Part shown: in pieces, positions 27,752 through 40,098 of the stretch
Layout: each line of letters starts with the position of its first letter
How positions within the stretch are numbered: position 1 is the first letter of the stretch
Assembly: GCA_001821765.1 (NCBI GenBank)
Contig: MHOA01000008.1
Span: forward strand, 167 to 64,166
Length of the DNA: 64,000 nucleotides
DNA from: Candidatus Ryanbacteria bacterium RIFCSPLOWO2_12_FULL_44_26
Lineage (GTDB): Bacteria > Patescibacteriota > Minisyncoccia > Ryanbacterales > HO2-45-13
Direction of reading: 5' to 3'
The notes under the pieces: generated by a model
Seen by the model: the letters and a program-made list of their open reading frames with translations, nothing else
Told to the model about the DNA's origin: nothing
Database searches by the model: none
Translations under genes and position numbers: made by a program

Positions 27752-27795
27752 ATCAAACAAACATCCGCGTCTACAGACGCGGATGTTTGTTTGAT
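27752..27795 (-). terminator. Long perfect hairpin (20-bp stem) between groEL and lemA; probable groESL terminator.
   Basis: ATCAAACAAACATCCGCGTC-TACA-GACGCGGATGTTTGTTTGAT. No clean U-tract follows, so its function is uncertain. Confidence 0.5.
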
Positions 27796-27835
27796 GTGTA
27801 TAAGCCATAAACGGACAATCGCATCCGAGACTATC

Positions 27836-29506
<1,671 letters not shown>

Positions 29507-29555
29507 TCACTACTATACGAATTCGCACGGAATCTTAGATTGCGTATATTCGCGA

Positions 29556-29855
29556 CTACTCAATAATTGCGAGTATGTCCTCCTCTTTAGCAATTAAGTA
29601 TTCCTTGCCATCGACCTTGATTTCATTCGGGCCGTACTTTGTAAAAAGAACTCTCTGGCCCGACTTTAGTGACATAGGGACAATTCTACCGTTTTCGGTT
29701 TTCTTGCCCTCTCCAACCGCAATAATTTTGCCCTCTTCGGGACGCTCTTTTTCGGCAGTGTCAGGAATGATGATGCCGGATTTCGTTTTTCCTTCGCGAT
29801 CTTCTTTGGAAACCGGCTCAATTAACACACGATCACCTAATGGTTTGATTTTCAT
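29556..29855 (-). CDS. groES: Co-chaperonin GroES.
   Basis: 99 aa. [14 protein letters not shown]...[12 protein letters not shown]-like. Confidence 0.95.
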   Translation of the reverse strand: MKIKPLGDRVLIEPVSKEDREGKTKSGIIIPDTAEKERPEEGKIIAVGEGKKTENGRIVPMSLKSGQRVLFTKYGPNEIKVDGKEYLIAKEEDILAIIE

Positions 29856-29941
29856 AATGATGCAACGCTAATCTGCTAATGCATGTAATAATACGAATGA
29901 AATGCCATCATGAGTATTTATTCGTATATGGGTATCATTAT

Positions 29942-29968
29942 TTAGCAGTCTCGACCTAAGAGTGCTAA
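29942..29968. promoter_or_regulatory. CIRCE element (HrcA operator) upstream of groES.
   Basis: TTAGCAGTC-N9-GAGTGCTAA differs from the consensus TTAGCACTC-N9-GAGTGCTAA by 1 mismatch. Confidence 0.85.
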
Positions 29969-29976
29969 TTTGCTTT

Positions 29977-30004
29977 ATTATATGGATTTGAGGAAAGTTG
30001 TCAA
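29977..30004 (-). promoter_or_regulatory. Consensus sigma-70-type promoter for groESL (TTGACA-N16-TATAAT on the minus strand), immediately upstream of CIRCE.
   Basis: The minus-strand read is cTTGACAactttcctcaaatccaTATAATaaagcaaaTTAGCACTC... Confidence 0.75.
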
Positions 30005-30068
30005 GATCCTTGAACAAGCTTTAGATTGGGGTATGCCACAACACTAACGTGGATAAGCCACTTTTTCT

Positions 30069-32924
30069 TTAAAGCACTTTCTTTAACCACCGGCCGGTAT
30101 AGGAGGTTTTAACGCCCGCTAACTGCTGGGGCGTTCCCTCGCCGACAATCTTTCCGCCGCCCTGTCCTCCTTCCGGGCCAAGGTCAACAATCCAATCGGC
30201 ATTTTTTAACACCTCCATATTGTGTTCAATCACCAGCACAGTATTTCCCCTGTCACGAAGCGAAGCAAGCACGGTAAGCAATTTTTGAATGTCATCAAAG
30301 TGAAGTCCGGTTGTCGGCTCATCTAAAATATAGAGCGTCCTGCCGGTGGCTTTTTTGGCAAGTTCCGTTGCCAGTTTGACACGCTGTGCTTCTCCTCCAG
30401 AAAGCGTTGTTGCCGGCTGGCCTAATTTCATATAACCAAGTCCAACATTTATCAGTGTTTCCAACTTGCTTGCAACCGGCGCAATATCTTTAAAAAATTT
30501 ACAAGACTGTTCGCAGGAAAGATGAAGCACATCAGCAATAGTAAGACCATTATATTCAATATCCAGCGCTTCTTTGTTATACCGCTTCCCGTGACATTCC
30601 TCGCATTCCACATAAATATCCGGCAAAAAATACATTTCAATTTTTTTTACGCCCTGCCCCTCGCAAACTTCACAACGCCCTCCCTTGACGTTAAAGCTGA
30701 AGCGGCCCGGCCCATATCCGCGGGATCGCGCGTCTCGGGTTGAAGCAAAAAGCTCCCGGATGGGACCGAAGATTCCTGTATAAGTCGCTGGATTGGAACG
30801 CGGGGTTCTCCCGATAGGCGATTGGTCAACAACAACAGCTTTATCCACCAACGCAAGGCCTTTTATGGTTCGGTATGCGCCGGGAATTTCTTTTGATCCG
30901 TAATAATGTTTCATCAACACCCGTGCAAGCGTATCGTTTATCAGCGTACTTTTCCCGGAACCGGACACACCGGATACACAGATAAGTTTTCCAAGCGGGA
31001 TTTTTATTGTCACATCTTTTAAGTTGTGTTCTCTGGCTCCCTCCAAAATAAGATATTGCTGTTTGGGTTTGTTGTCTTTTATCAGTGGGCTTCTCTCAAG
31101 CGAGACTTGTTTCTTCCCTGATATATATTCTCCGGTGAGTGTGTTTGCTTTCCGCATCTCGCCGGGAGTTCCCTCAAATATCACTTTTCCTCCTTTAAGA
31201 CCAGCGCCGGGACCCAGATCCACAATCCAATCGCTCTCCTCTATGGTTTCACGGTCATGCTCCACAATCAATACGGAGTTTCCGAGATCCCGCAAATGTT
31301 TAAGAGTAGTAAGCAACATGGAATGATCTCTGGCATGCAAACCAACAGACGGTTCGTCAAGCACATAGATAACACCGGTCAGTTGTGATCCTATCTGCGT
31401 TGCGAGACGCACACGCTGGGCTTCTCCTCCGGAAAGCGTTACGCTTGAGCGAAAAAGGGTAATATACCCAAGCCCAACGTTCATGAGAAACTGAAGGCGT
31501 TTTACAATTTCACCGATCAGGGGACGCATTTCACTCTTGGATTTTTTCAGAAGCGCAGTAAAAAAAGAAAGAGACAGTTCAACTGCCATTTGAGACACCC
31601 CCGCAATATTCTTACCTTCAATCGTGACTGCAAGCGCCTCCCGACATACACGATTACCCTTACAACTTTCACAGGTGCGCACGATCATATATTTTTCAAT
31701 TTCGGCCCTCGTCCATTCAGAATCGGTTTCCTTCCACCTTCGCTTTAGGTTTGGAATAACCCCCTCAAATGCGCCACTATTTGTTGTGCGTACATCCGTT
31801 TTCTCTTCATTATTATTTTTATTTTTCCCGTTTTCTCCATATAACAGGATTTGGAGAATGTGCTTGGGCAGTTTTTTGACGGGCACATGGAGCGAAAAAT
31901 GAAAACGCTCTGAAAGGTCTTCAAGCATCCACCAATACCACGATTGTCGTCCTACGCGGTGAGACGCGCGAGCCCACGGCTGTATCGCACCCTCGCCAAG
32001 AGAAAGTTCCTGGTTGGGAATGACCAGCTTAGGATCCACTTCAAGAACAGATCCAAGTCCGGTACAAACAGGACAGGTTCCATGAGGACTGTTAAAGGAA
32101 AACAATCGCGGTTCGAGCTCCGGAAATGAAACCCCGCACGAGGGACAGGCCAAATGTTCCGAGAATAACGTGTCTTTATCGCCATCATAGACTATAACAG
32201 TCCCCTTCCCTATGCTTAAAGCGGTTTCTAAAGAATCCCGTAAACGCATTCGCTCAATTTCCTCGTCTATGATCAAACGATCAACCACTACTTCAATGGA
32301 GTGTTTTTTCTTAGGATCAACATGCAAATCGTGCGCCTCTTCAAGCGTCATGATTTCTCCATCAGCCCGCACTCTTAAAAATCCCCGCTGTTCAATCTCC
32401 TGCAGCACCTTTTTATGCTCCCCTTTTTTATCGCGTATGACGGGACCCAAAAGCACCGCCTTCGTGCCGGGCGAAAATGAAAGTATTTTTCTTAAAATCT
32501 CGTCCGGCGTTTGACGCTTGACCGATAAATTGCAAAACGGACAATGCGGCTCGCCGACTCTGGAAAAAAGAATCCTTAAGTAATCGTAAATCTCTGTAAT
32601 AGTGCCGACAGTACTTCTCGGATTTTTGGAAACGCTTTTTTGGTCTATGGCAATGGCCGGCGAGAGACCCTCAATCGACTCTACATCCGGTTTTTCTTTT
32701 ACTCCAAGAAACTGACGGGCATAACTGGAAAGCGATTCCACAAATCGCCTCTCTGCCTCCGCGTATATGGTATCAAATGCGAGTGAGGATTTTCCCGATC
32801 CGGAAAGACCGGTTATAACTACAAACTTGTTGCGGGGAATATCGAGGTTGATGTTTTTTAAATTGTGCATCCGCGCTCCGCGAACTCTGATATAGCTGGT
32901 GGTGTTCTGTTTGCGCGGCTTCAT
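30069..32924 (-). CDS. uvrA: Excinuclease ABC subunit A (UvrA).
   Basis: 951 aa. Two ABC ATPase modules ([12 protein letters not shown]..., [13 protein letters not shown]...) and zinc-finger Cys clusters. Confidence 0.97.
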   Translation of the reverse strand: MKPRKQNTTSYIRVRGARMHNLKNINLDIPRNKFVVITGLSGSGKSSLAFDTIYAEAERRFVESLSSYARQFLGVKEKPDVESIEGLSPAIAIDQKSVSKNPRSTVGTITEIYDYLRILFSRVGEPHCPFCNLSVKRQTPDEILRKILSFSPGTKAVLLGPVIRDKKGEHKKVLQEIEQRGFLRVRADGEIMTLEEAHDLHVDPKKKHSIEVVVDRLIIDEEIERMRLRDSLETALSIGKGTVIVYDGDKDTLFSEHLACPSCGVSFPELEPRLFSFNSPHGTCPVCTGLGSVLEVDPKLVIPNQELSLGEGAIQPWARASHRVGRQSWYWWMLEDLSERFHFSLHVPVKKLPKHILQILLYGENGKNKNNNEEKTDVRTTNSGAFEGVIPNLKRRWKETDSEWTRAEIEKYMIVRTCESCKGNRVCREALAVTIEGKNIAGVSQMAVELSLSFFTALLKKSKSEMRPLIGEIVKRLQFLMNVGLGYITLFRSSVTLSGGEAQRVRLATQIGSQLTGVIYVLDEPSVGLHARDHSMLLTTLKHLRDLGNSVLIVEHDRETIEESDWIVDLGPGAGLKGGKVIFEGTPGEMRKANTLTGEYISGKKQVSLERSPLIKDNKPKQQYLILEGAREHNLKDVTIKIPLGKLICVSGVSGSGKSTLINDTLARVLMKHYYGSKEIPGAYRTIKGLALVDKAVVVDQSPIGRTPRSNPATYTGIFGPIRELFASTRDARSRGYGPGRFSFNVKGGRCEVCEGQGVKKIEMYFLPDIYVECEECHGKRYNKEALDIEYNGLTIADVLHLSCEQSCKFFKDIAPVASKLETLINVGLGYMKLGQPATTLSGGEAQRVKLATELAKKATGRTLYILDEPTTGLHFDDIQKLLTVLASLRDRGNTVLVIEHNMEVLKNADWIVDLGPEGGQGGGKIVGEGTPQQLAGVKTSYTGRWLKKVL

Positions 32925-33072
32925 AAAAATACACTATTGAAATAATGATTATAGTGCATTTTTTCCCAAATTTCAAGCGAGGAGCAAAAAGAAAAAGGGG
33001 ATAAAAACAACTGCATCATAAAAAACCGACTGTGCATTTGTCACGCCAGCTTGTTTTGCTTACTATACAAAC

Positions 33073-34401
33073 GTGCTCAATCTTAAAACCATTAAAAACA
33101 TCCCGCCAAGCTCCGGCGTCTATATGTTTAAAAGAAAGAACGGGAATATTCTTTATATAGGAAAGGCCAATAACCTTAGAAACCGGCTTGCTTCATACCG
33201 GAACATTGGCTCCCTTTCGGCTGCAAAACAGCGCATGTTACAAACATCCCATGGAGTCGACATAAAAATAACCACATCGGAAGTTGAGGCGCTGATTTTA
33301 GAAGCGTCCCTTATTAAAAAACACCAGCCAACATATAACATTTTAATGCGGGACGACAAAAACTACGCTTTTGTCGTCTTCACAAAGGAACGCTTTCCAA
33401 AAATACTGGTCACACATCAACCCTTGCAAAGTCAACGGTCAACGGTCAACGGTCAACAATACGCCGGTGTTATCGGGCCGTTCACCGATGTCGGGGCGCT
33501 TAAGAACGCGTTGAGAGTTTTGCGCAAAGAATTCCCTTATTGCGACTGCGCGAGAGGAAAACGCGGGCACAAACGAATGTGTGTAAACGGTTTAATAAAA
33601 AAATGTCCGGGGATTTGTTGCGTAGAAGACAAGGTGAGAAGCGCCGTGCTGCAGAAACGAGGCATAGAAGAAAAAAATGCGGGGGCGGAGTATAAAAAAA
33701 ATATAAGAGCAATAAAAGACGTTCTTATGGGAAAACAAACTTCATTGCTTAGAAAACTGCAACGAGAAATGAAAACGCTTTCCGACCGAAGATTGTATGA
33801 ACAAGCAACGACAATGCGCGATCAGATACAAAGCCTCGAAAAAATATTCCGTCATAGTCCATACATTAAAAAAGATGAGATTTCAGACCGTGCAAAGGCT
33901 CTCCGGCTGTTAAAAGAAATAGCTCAACTTCCCACCATACCAGAACGCATAGAGGGTTACGATGTTTCCGACATCGGGGGTAAATTCCCGGTGGGCAGTA
34001 TGGTAGTATTTAAAGACGGGGTTCCGGAAAAACAATCATACAGACGCTTTACAATTAAACAGGTGGCTGAAGCAAACGATCCCGCTATGATTGAAGAAAT
34101 GCTGAACAGACGATTTGCACATACAGAGTGGCCTTTGCCGGATTTTATACTTATTGATGGAGGCAAACCGCAATTATCGGCGGCGCGAAAAGCGCTTATG
34201 GCCAGGTACATACACATCATATTCGGCGCAATCGCAAAAAAAGAGGAAGAATTATATCTGGAAAAACGTAAAAAACCAGCGAAGCTGAAAGACTTATCGC
34301 CGCAATTATTGCATCTCTTACAGCATATTCGAAATGAAGCCCATCGCTTTGCTGTTTCGTTCCATCGTGTAAAGAGAAAAAAATCATTACTGAATATATA
34401 A
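33073..34401 (+). CDS. uvrC: Excinuclease ABC subunit C (UvrC), short form (442 aa) lacking the C-terminal (HhH)2 region.
   Basis: N-terminal GIY-YIG (GVYMFKRKNGNILYIGKANNLRNRLASY), the UvrC central region, and the RNase-H-like endonuclease motif RNEAHRFAVSFHR. Confidence 0.85.
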   Translation: MLNLKTIKNIPPSSGVYMFKRKNGNILYIGKANNLRNRLASYRNIGSLSAAKQRMLQTSHGVDIKITTSEVEALILEASLIKKHQPTYNILMRDDKNYAFVVFTKERFPKILVTHQPLQSQRSTVNGQQYAGVIGPFTDVGALKNALRVLRKEFPYCDCARGKRGHKRMCVNGLIKKCPGICCVEDKVRSAVLQKRGIEEKNAGAEYKKNIRAIKDVLMGKQTSLLRKLQREMKTLSDRRLYEQATTMRDQIQSLEKIFRHSPYIKKDEISDRAKALRLLKEIAQLPTIPERIEGYDVSDIGGKFPVGSMVVFKDGVPEKQSYRRFTIKQVAEANDPAMIEEMLNRRFAHTEWPLPDFILIDGGKPQLSAARKALMARYIHIIFGAIAKKEEELYLEKRKKPAKLKDLSPQLLHLLQHIRNEAHRFAVSFHRVKRKKSLLNI

Positions 34402-34487
34402 TATATAACCTGCAATCGTCGCGAGCAAACAGAAAAACGAATGCGATACTATAGCGCAATAGGCAATGATATGATATATTCATTGGT

Positions 34488-34703
34488 ATGCAATTATTGA
34501 TTTCTTATCTGCAGATAGCTGTTTCGGTTCTGCTTGTTGCTGCTATCCTGCTTCAGCAGGGCGGCGAGGGGCTTGGAAGCGCATTTGGAGGCGGAGACAG
34601 CATGCACCATACAAAACGAGGCACCGAGAAAACACTTTTTATCGCGACAATTACACTGGCAGTGCTGTTCATTCTTCTAGCACTCGCGAACATACTTATA
34701 TAG
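34488..34703 (+). CDS. secG: Preprotein translocase subunit SecG.
   Basis: 71 aa. LLQQGGEGLGSAFGGG...RGTEKTL... plus two TM segments match the SecG pattern. Confidence 0.75.
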   Translation: MQLLISYLQIAVSVLLVAAILLQQGGEGLGSAFGGGDSMHHTKRGTEKTLFIATITLAVLFILLALANILI

Positions 34704-34728
34704 ACAAGCGAATTTTTAAATTGCCCAC

Positions 34729-36459
34729 ATGAGCAGTAAGCGGCGTTTTCCTTCAAAACAACAATTTAAACTGTTGCCGCGCCTTATGAACCGAAAGGAA
34801 AGAATCCTGCTTTTTACGGCATCCGCGCTGTTTATACTGTCCGGTATCGGCACGCTGATTATTGCTGACAGAAATTATTCAACTCCCATCCCTGCTGAAG
34901 GCGGCTCCATAAAAGAAGGCCTGATAGGAACACCGCATAGAATAAACCCGCTCCTTGCGGTTTCCAGCGTGGATCGCGATCTCGTTGAACTCATCTATGC
35001 AGGTCTTATGCGGGCAGACGGGAAAGGCGGCCTCGAAGTCGAGCTTGCCGAGTCATATGAAGTTTCTGAAGATGGTCTTGTGTACACGTTCTGGCTGAAA
35101 AAAGATCTTTATTGGCATGATAACGATGTTCACGAAAACGAACGGGTTGATGCTGACGACGTTATTTTTACCATCATGGCCACAAAAAACCCTTTAATAG
35201 ACAGCCCCAAAAGGGCAAACTGGGAAGGGGTCAGCGTCGAAAAAGTCGATGAATATACTGTGAGATTTATTTTAAAGCGCCCCTATACGCCGTTTCTTGA
35301 AAATACTACGCTTGGCATCATACCACAACATATATGGGGGAAGTTGACGCCAGAAAAGTTTAACTTAACGGACCTTAATATAACGCCGATAGGCGCCGGG
35401 CCTTACAAAGTTGAATCATTTAAGAAAAAGCCGGACGGCGAAATTGTAGACTATAACCTTGTCGCACACAAAAAATATAAACCAAGATCGCCATACATCA
35501 ATGAATTATCGTTCTTTTTCTTCCCCAGCGAGGAAAGAATGATTCAGGCGTACAAAAATGGAGATATTGACACTTTCAGCATTTCATCGGACAACGCCTC
35601 CCAGATAACCAACGATAACACATACAAGTTGCTTAGAATTACACTGCCGAGAATTTTTACAATATTTTTGAATCAGTCAAAGTCGAAACTCTTTGAAGAC
35701 GAGATGGTACGATTAGCGCTTGAATCGGCTTTAGACAGAAACGATATTATAAATACTGCGGTAAACGGCTACGCATATCCGCAAGACGCTCCGATTTTTT
35801 ATACAACCAGCAATAAAACATCCATCAACTCAAACGCCATACCGAAGAGCGAGGTAAAAAGTAGGCTTCTTGAGAATGGTTGGGAAGAAAATGAGAATGG
35901 CATACTGCAAAAAGAAACGAAAAAAGAAGTAATTAGCCTGTCGTTCACATTAAGCACATCAGACGATCCGGAACTCATCCGTATCGCGGAGGCACTGAAA
36001 CGTCAATGGAAAAAAGCGGGTATAACAGCAAACGTAGAAATTTTTGAAAGAAACGACCTAGAGCAAAATAAAATAAGGCCGCGCGAATACGAAGCCATTT
36101 TGTTTGGGCAGGTTGTCGGATTCCGCCCAGACCCTTTCGCATTCTGGCATTCATCACAGCGTAATGATCCCGGTTTGAATATCGCGTTATACACAAACCC
36201 AAAGGTAGACTCACTGTTGGAGGAGATACGAGTGAACACAGACAGAGAAATATTAAACGAAAAGTACGGCGCATTTGTAAATATAATAAACGAAGAAAAA
36301 CCGGCTATTTTTCTCTATAGCCCAGTGTATTTATACTTTGTAAAAAAAGACATCCAAGGAATTGCGCTTGAGCGCATTACATTAACTGCTGAGCGCTTTA
36401 CAAAAGTAGAACAATGGTATAAAAATGTAAGTAACGTATGGAATATACTGCTGAAATGA
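34729..36459 (+). CDS. Extracellular solute-binding protein, family 5 (peptide/Ni-type ABC substrate-binding fold).
   Basis: N-terminal TM/signal. DRDLVELIYAGLMR...YTFWLKKDLYWHD is the SBP_bac_5-like pattern. No cognate permease is nearby. Confidence 0.6.
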   Translation: MSSKRRFPSKQQFKLLPRLMNRKERILLFTASALFILSGIGTLIIADRNYSTPIPAEGGSIKEGLIGTPHRINPLLAVSSVDRDLVELIYAGLMRADGKGGLEVELAESYEVSEDGLVYTFWLKKDLYWHDNDVHENERVDADDVIFTIMATKNPLIDSPKRANWEGVSVEKVDEYTVRFILKRPYTPFLENTTLGIIPQHIWGKLTPEKFNLTDLNITPIGAGPYKVESFKKKPDGEIVDYNLVAHKKYKPRSPYINELSFFFFPSEERMIQAYKNGDIDTFSISSDNASQITNDNTYKLLRITLPRIFTIFLNQSKSKLFEDEMVRLALESALDRNDIINTAVNGYAYPQDAPIFYTTSNKTSINSNAIPKSEVKSRLLENGWEENENGILQKETKKEVISLSFTLSTSDDPELIRIAEALKRQWKKAGITANVEIFERNDLEQNKIRPREYEAILFGQVVGFRPDPFAFWHSSQRNDPGLNIALYTNPKVDSLLEEIRVNTDREILNEKYGAFVNIINEEKPAIFLYSPVYLYFVKKDIQGIALERITLTAERFTKVEQWYKNVSNVWNILLK

Positions 36460-36891
36460 TAGAAGGCGACGCTTTTTTTATGAGATGATCCAAGCTGTTA
36501 GGGTTGACAATAGGATAAAAATGACATACAATTGGGATATCTTTACTTAAAAAACGATCCGACCCATACAAACCTGTTTTGGTATTTGGCGACGGATGTT
36601 ATAATAGCGTTATACACTACCACTGCCTTATAATGGCTATATAACTTCAACCTTTTTGCTTACATAAGAACCACTCGTAAGTTTCCGGACCAAATCATAT
36701 TAAAGATCAAAGAACGAACAATTGCGCTGTATGAAGCCGTTGCGTACTATCCTTAAGCATGCGATATTTATGAATTGATGAAACCCCGCGCCACTACACC
36801 GTGCTTCGGCGGTAACATGAGCAAATGTGCGGTGTTTATTGCATGAGATGAACATAGTATTATTTATAAAGTACACCAATAAAGAAGCCGA

Positions 36892-36973
36892 GGGTGCGTG
36901 GCGGAACTGGCATACGCGTACGGTTCAGGACCGTATGGAGCAATCCATGAGGGTTCGACTCCCTCCGCACCCA
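36892..36973 (+). tRNA. tRNA-Leu (anticodon CAG), type II; CCA not encoded.
   Basis: GGGTGCG-TG-GCG-GAACTGGCATA-CGC-G-TACGG-TTCAGGA-CCGTA-TGGAGCAATCCAT-GAGGGTTCGACTCCCTC-CGCACCC-A. Folded by eye. The ORF-track ORF 36898..37155 is its translation artifact. Confidence 0.8.
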
Positions 36974-37222
36974 TAAGATCGTGTACTATCGCGTTTTGTC
37001 ATCTATTCAAGGAGCATATAAGACTGACGGGATCGGTGTCCTTAGAAATTCAAAAAGGATATGCATTTGAAAAAGCGCGCACTCGCAACAACCGAAGCCG
37101 CAACATGCTTACACAAGAAAAGAAAGTAAAATATTGCCAATACGGCTTACTATGAAATTGTTTTTAGCAAAAATGTTTCAGCAACATGTATCTTATAGCA
37201 GTGCAACTGCAACAAAAAAAGC

Positions 37223-39025
37223 ATGATCACAACATATAAAAAGAGGATAAGAAAACCCGTGATGAGGGGGAAGGTTTTGCTCGCCCCTAAAACGATTACG
37301 GAAAGACGACATCCGGTAAAGCCGCATACTGTAAAACCGCATGTGCGCATTGTTCCACTCGGCGGTCTTGAAGAGGTTGGGCGAAATATGATGTACATAG
37401 AATATGTGGACAACACGTCTGCTCATCATGGCGACATCATTATCATTGATATGGGACTTCAATTCCCGGAAGAAAATATGCCGGGTATTGACTATATTGT
37501 TCCCCAAGTTGCTTCGCTTATACCAAAACGAAAAAACATCAAAGGGGTCATTATCACACACGCCCACTACGACCATATAGGAGCAATACCGCATCTGATG
37601 CCGGAGCTTGGAGCAAAGATACCGATGTACGGTACAGACATCACCATCGCTATAATAAAAAAACGTCAGGATGACTTTAAAAACGGGAGACACGAACTGA
37701 ACTTAAAAGAAATCAACAACAACACAAAACTGCAGTTGGGAGCGTTTCATGTTGAATTTTACGGCGTCTCACACAACGTTCCCGGGTCCGTTGGCGTTAT
37801 CATTAATTCCCCTGTCGGGACATTGATACACACGGGGGATTTTAAACTGGACCTTAAATCCGACATTGCCGGCCATACCGAGATTGAAAAAATAAAAAGT
37901 CTGGGGGAAAAGAATGTATTGCTCCTTATGTCGGACAGCACCAATGCGCCGCAGACTGGACATCAGTTTTCGGAAGTTGAGATCCAAACTGAAATTGAAA
38001 AAATCATGCAAAACGCCAAAGGGAAGCTGTACTTTGCGACATTTGCTTCGCTATTGGGACGCATTAACGAAATCATTCAGCTTGCACAAAAATACAAAAA
38101 GAAGGTTGCAATTGACGGGAGAAGCATGAAAACAAATATCGCAATAGCAACGGAGCTTGGTTACATGAAATATGACCCGAAGATTATCATTCCAGTAGAA
38201 AAGGTGAAAGAGTATCCTGATAATAAAGTGATCATTCTTGTAACCGGAGCTCAGGGGGAAGGTCAGGCAGTCCTTATGCGAGTGGTAAATAAAAGACACA
38301 AGTGCCTCAGAATCGAGCCCGGGGACACAGTGGTATTTTCCTCTTCAGTCATTCCCGGAAATGAACGTTCCGTACAGGCGCTTACAGATAAACTGTACCG
38401 TGACGGGGCGGAAGTGGTGAATTACAGAATGCTCGACATTCATGCCGGAGGACATGCAAAACAGGAAGATTTAAAATTGATGATACAATTGATAAAACCG
38501 CATTATTTTATGCCGATTGAAGGGAATCATTCATTTCTTAAAATTCATGCGCGGCTCGCCAGCGAGCTGAACTTAAAAAAAGAACAAATACTGGTCGCTG
38601 ACAACGGACAAGTGGTTGTTGCCACCAAAGATTTGGTGACATTAACGGATGAACGTGTTCCTGCAAACTATGTGATGGTTGACGGCCTCGGGGTCGGCGA
38701 TGTTCAGGAAGTAGTACTAAGGGACAGACAAGCCATGGCGGAAGATGGAATTTTTGTCATCATCACGGTTGTTGACGCACAAACCGGAAAGGTGCGCGGA
38801 TCACCGGATATCATATCGCGCGGGTTTGTATATCTTAGAGAATCAAAGGAGTTAATATTTGAAACCAGAAAACGCATAAGAAAAACAGTGGAAGACATCA
38901 CCCAAGAAATGCATCCCATTAATTTCCAATACATAAAAGAAAGCCTCCGCGATAAAATCGGGCAGTTTCTGTTCCAAAAAACAGAACGCCGCCCGATGGT
39001 GCTGCCGGTTATCATTGAAGTCTAG
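37223..39025 (+). CDS. rnj: Ribonuclease J (metallo-beta-lactamase / beta-CASP RNase).
   Basis: VRIVPLGGLEEVGRNMMYIEY...HAHYDHIGAIPHL (HxHxDH). ~600 aa with a beta-CASP core. Confidence 0.9.
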   Translation: MITTYKKRIRKPVMRGKVLLAPKTITERRHPVKPHTVKPHVRIVPLGGLEEVGRNMMYIEYVDNTSAHHGDIIIIDMGLQFPEENMPGIDYIVPQVASLIPKRKNIKGVIITHAHYDHIGAIPHLMPELGAKIPMYGTDITIAIIKKRQDDFKNGRHELNLKEINNNTKLQLGAFHVEFYGVSHNVPGSVGVIINSPVGTLIHTGDFKLDLKSDIAGHTEIEKIKSLGEKNVLLLMSDSTNAPQTGHQFSEVEIQTEIEKIMQNAKGKLYFATFASLLGRINEIIQLAQKYKKKVAIDGRSMKTNIAIATELGYMKYDPKIIIPVEKVKEYPDNKVIILVTGAQGEGQAVLMRVVNKRHKCLRIEPGDTVVFSSSVIPGNERSVQALTDKLYRDGAEVVNYRMLDIHAGGHAKQEDLKLMIQLIKPHYFMPIEGNHSFLKIHARLASELNLKKEQILVADNGQVVVATKDLVTLTDERVPANYVMVDGLGVGDVQEVVLRDRQAMAEDGIFVIITVVDAQTGKVRGSPDIISRGFVYLRESKELIFETRKRIRKTVEDITQEMHPINFQYIKESLRDKIGQFLFQKTERRPMVLPVIIEV

Positions 39026-39066
39026 TTTGCCTAGCTTGATGAGCCGCTTCAGCAAATGAAGAAAGC

Positions 39067-40050
39067 ATGTCAAAGCAAGTATTATTAACGGGAATGCGAC
39101 CAACTTCGCATCTGCATGTGGGGAATTATTTTGGCGCTCTTAAAAATGTTGTTGAACTCCAGAAACAATACAAAACTTTTTTGATGATTGCTGATCTCCA
39201 CGCACTCACAACGTTAGAAAACACGAAAAATATTGCAGAAGATACTCTAAACATTGCCGCATTGTATATCGCAGGGGGTATTAATCCTAAAAAAGTTACG
39301 CTTTTTATACAATCCGCTGTCCCCGAGCAAGCTGAACTGGCAACGCTTTTTAATATGATAACACCGGTCTCTATGCTGGAGCTGAACCCCGTATATAAAG
39401 AAATGCTTTTAGAACACCCAAAAGCCACAAATCTTGGACTGCTCGCCTATCCGGTATTACAGGCCGCCGACATACTTGCGTATAAAGCAACAGTGGTTCC
39501 TGTTGGAAAAGATCAATCGCCTCATATTGAACTGGCCCGGGAAATTGCGCGGAGATTTAATTACCACTATGGAAAACTGTTTTTGGAACCAAAGACATTG
39601 CTGCAAAAAGAGCTTAAAATTCTATCTCTGAAAGATCCTAATAAAAAAATGTCCAAATCGCACGAAGCACAAACACATATCGGGCTTCTTGATTCACCAA
39701 AAACAATCCATAAAAAAATCAAATCCGCCGTTACCGATTCCGGAAAGGAAATCGTTTACGACCCTTTCAAAAAACCGGCAATTTCAAACCTTATGATGCT
39801 TATGCGCCTCGCATCGGGTACGAGCATCCGGTTGATTGAGAAGAAATTTCAAGAGAAGGGGTACGCAGTATTTAAAGAAAGCGTTGCGGATGCGCTCATA
39901 AAACTCCTTGCCCCCATGCAGGAGCGTTACAACACGCTCGCAGAAAACAAAAAAGCGGTACAAAAACTTTTGGAAACCGGCTCTAAAAAAGCCCGTATTG
40001 TTGCCGCTGAAACGCTCAAAGAGGCCAAACAAAAAATTGGTCTTCTTTAA
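39067..40050 (+). CDS. trpS: Tryptophan--tRNA ligase.
   Basis: GMRPTSHLHVGNYFG is the HIGH-like motif; KKMSKS is present. Size is 327 aa. Confidence 0.9.
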   Translation: MSKQVLLTGMRPTSHLHVGNYFGALKNVVELQKQYKTFLMIADLHALTTLENTKNIAEDTLNIAALYIAGGINPKKVTLFIQSAVPEQAELATLFNMITPVSMLELNPVYKEMLLEHPKATNLGLLAYPVLQAADILAYKATVVPVGKDQSPHIELAREIARRFNYHYGKLFLEPKTLLQKELKILSLKDPNKKMSKSHEAQTHIGLLDSPKTIHKKIKSAVTDSGKEIVYDPFKKPAISNLMMLMRLASGTSIRLIEKKFQEKGYAVFKESVADALIKLLAPMQERYNTLAENKKAVQKLLETGSKKARIVAAETLKEAKQKIGLL

Positions 40051-40098
40051 AAAAGATACGGATATCCCGTCGCCCAATCGTACTGCGCCATACCATGC

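Noticed and set aside
36898-37155. 85-aa ORF MAELAYAYGSGPYGAIHEGSTPSAP...
   Set aside because: It overlaps tRNA-Leu(CAG) exactly and is a translation artefact of the tRNA.
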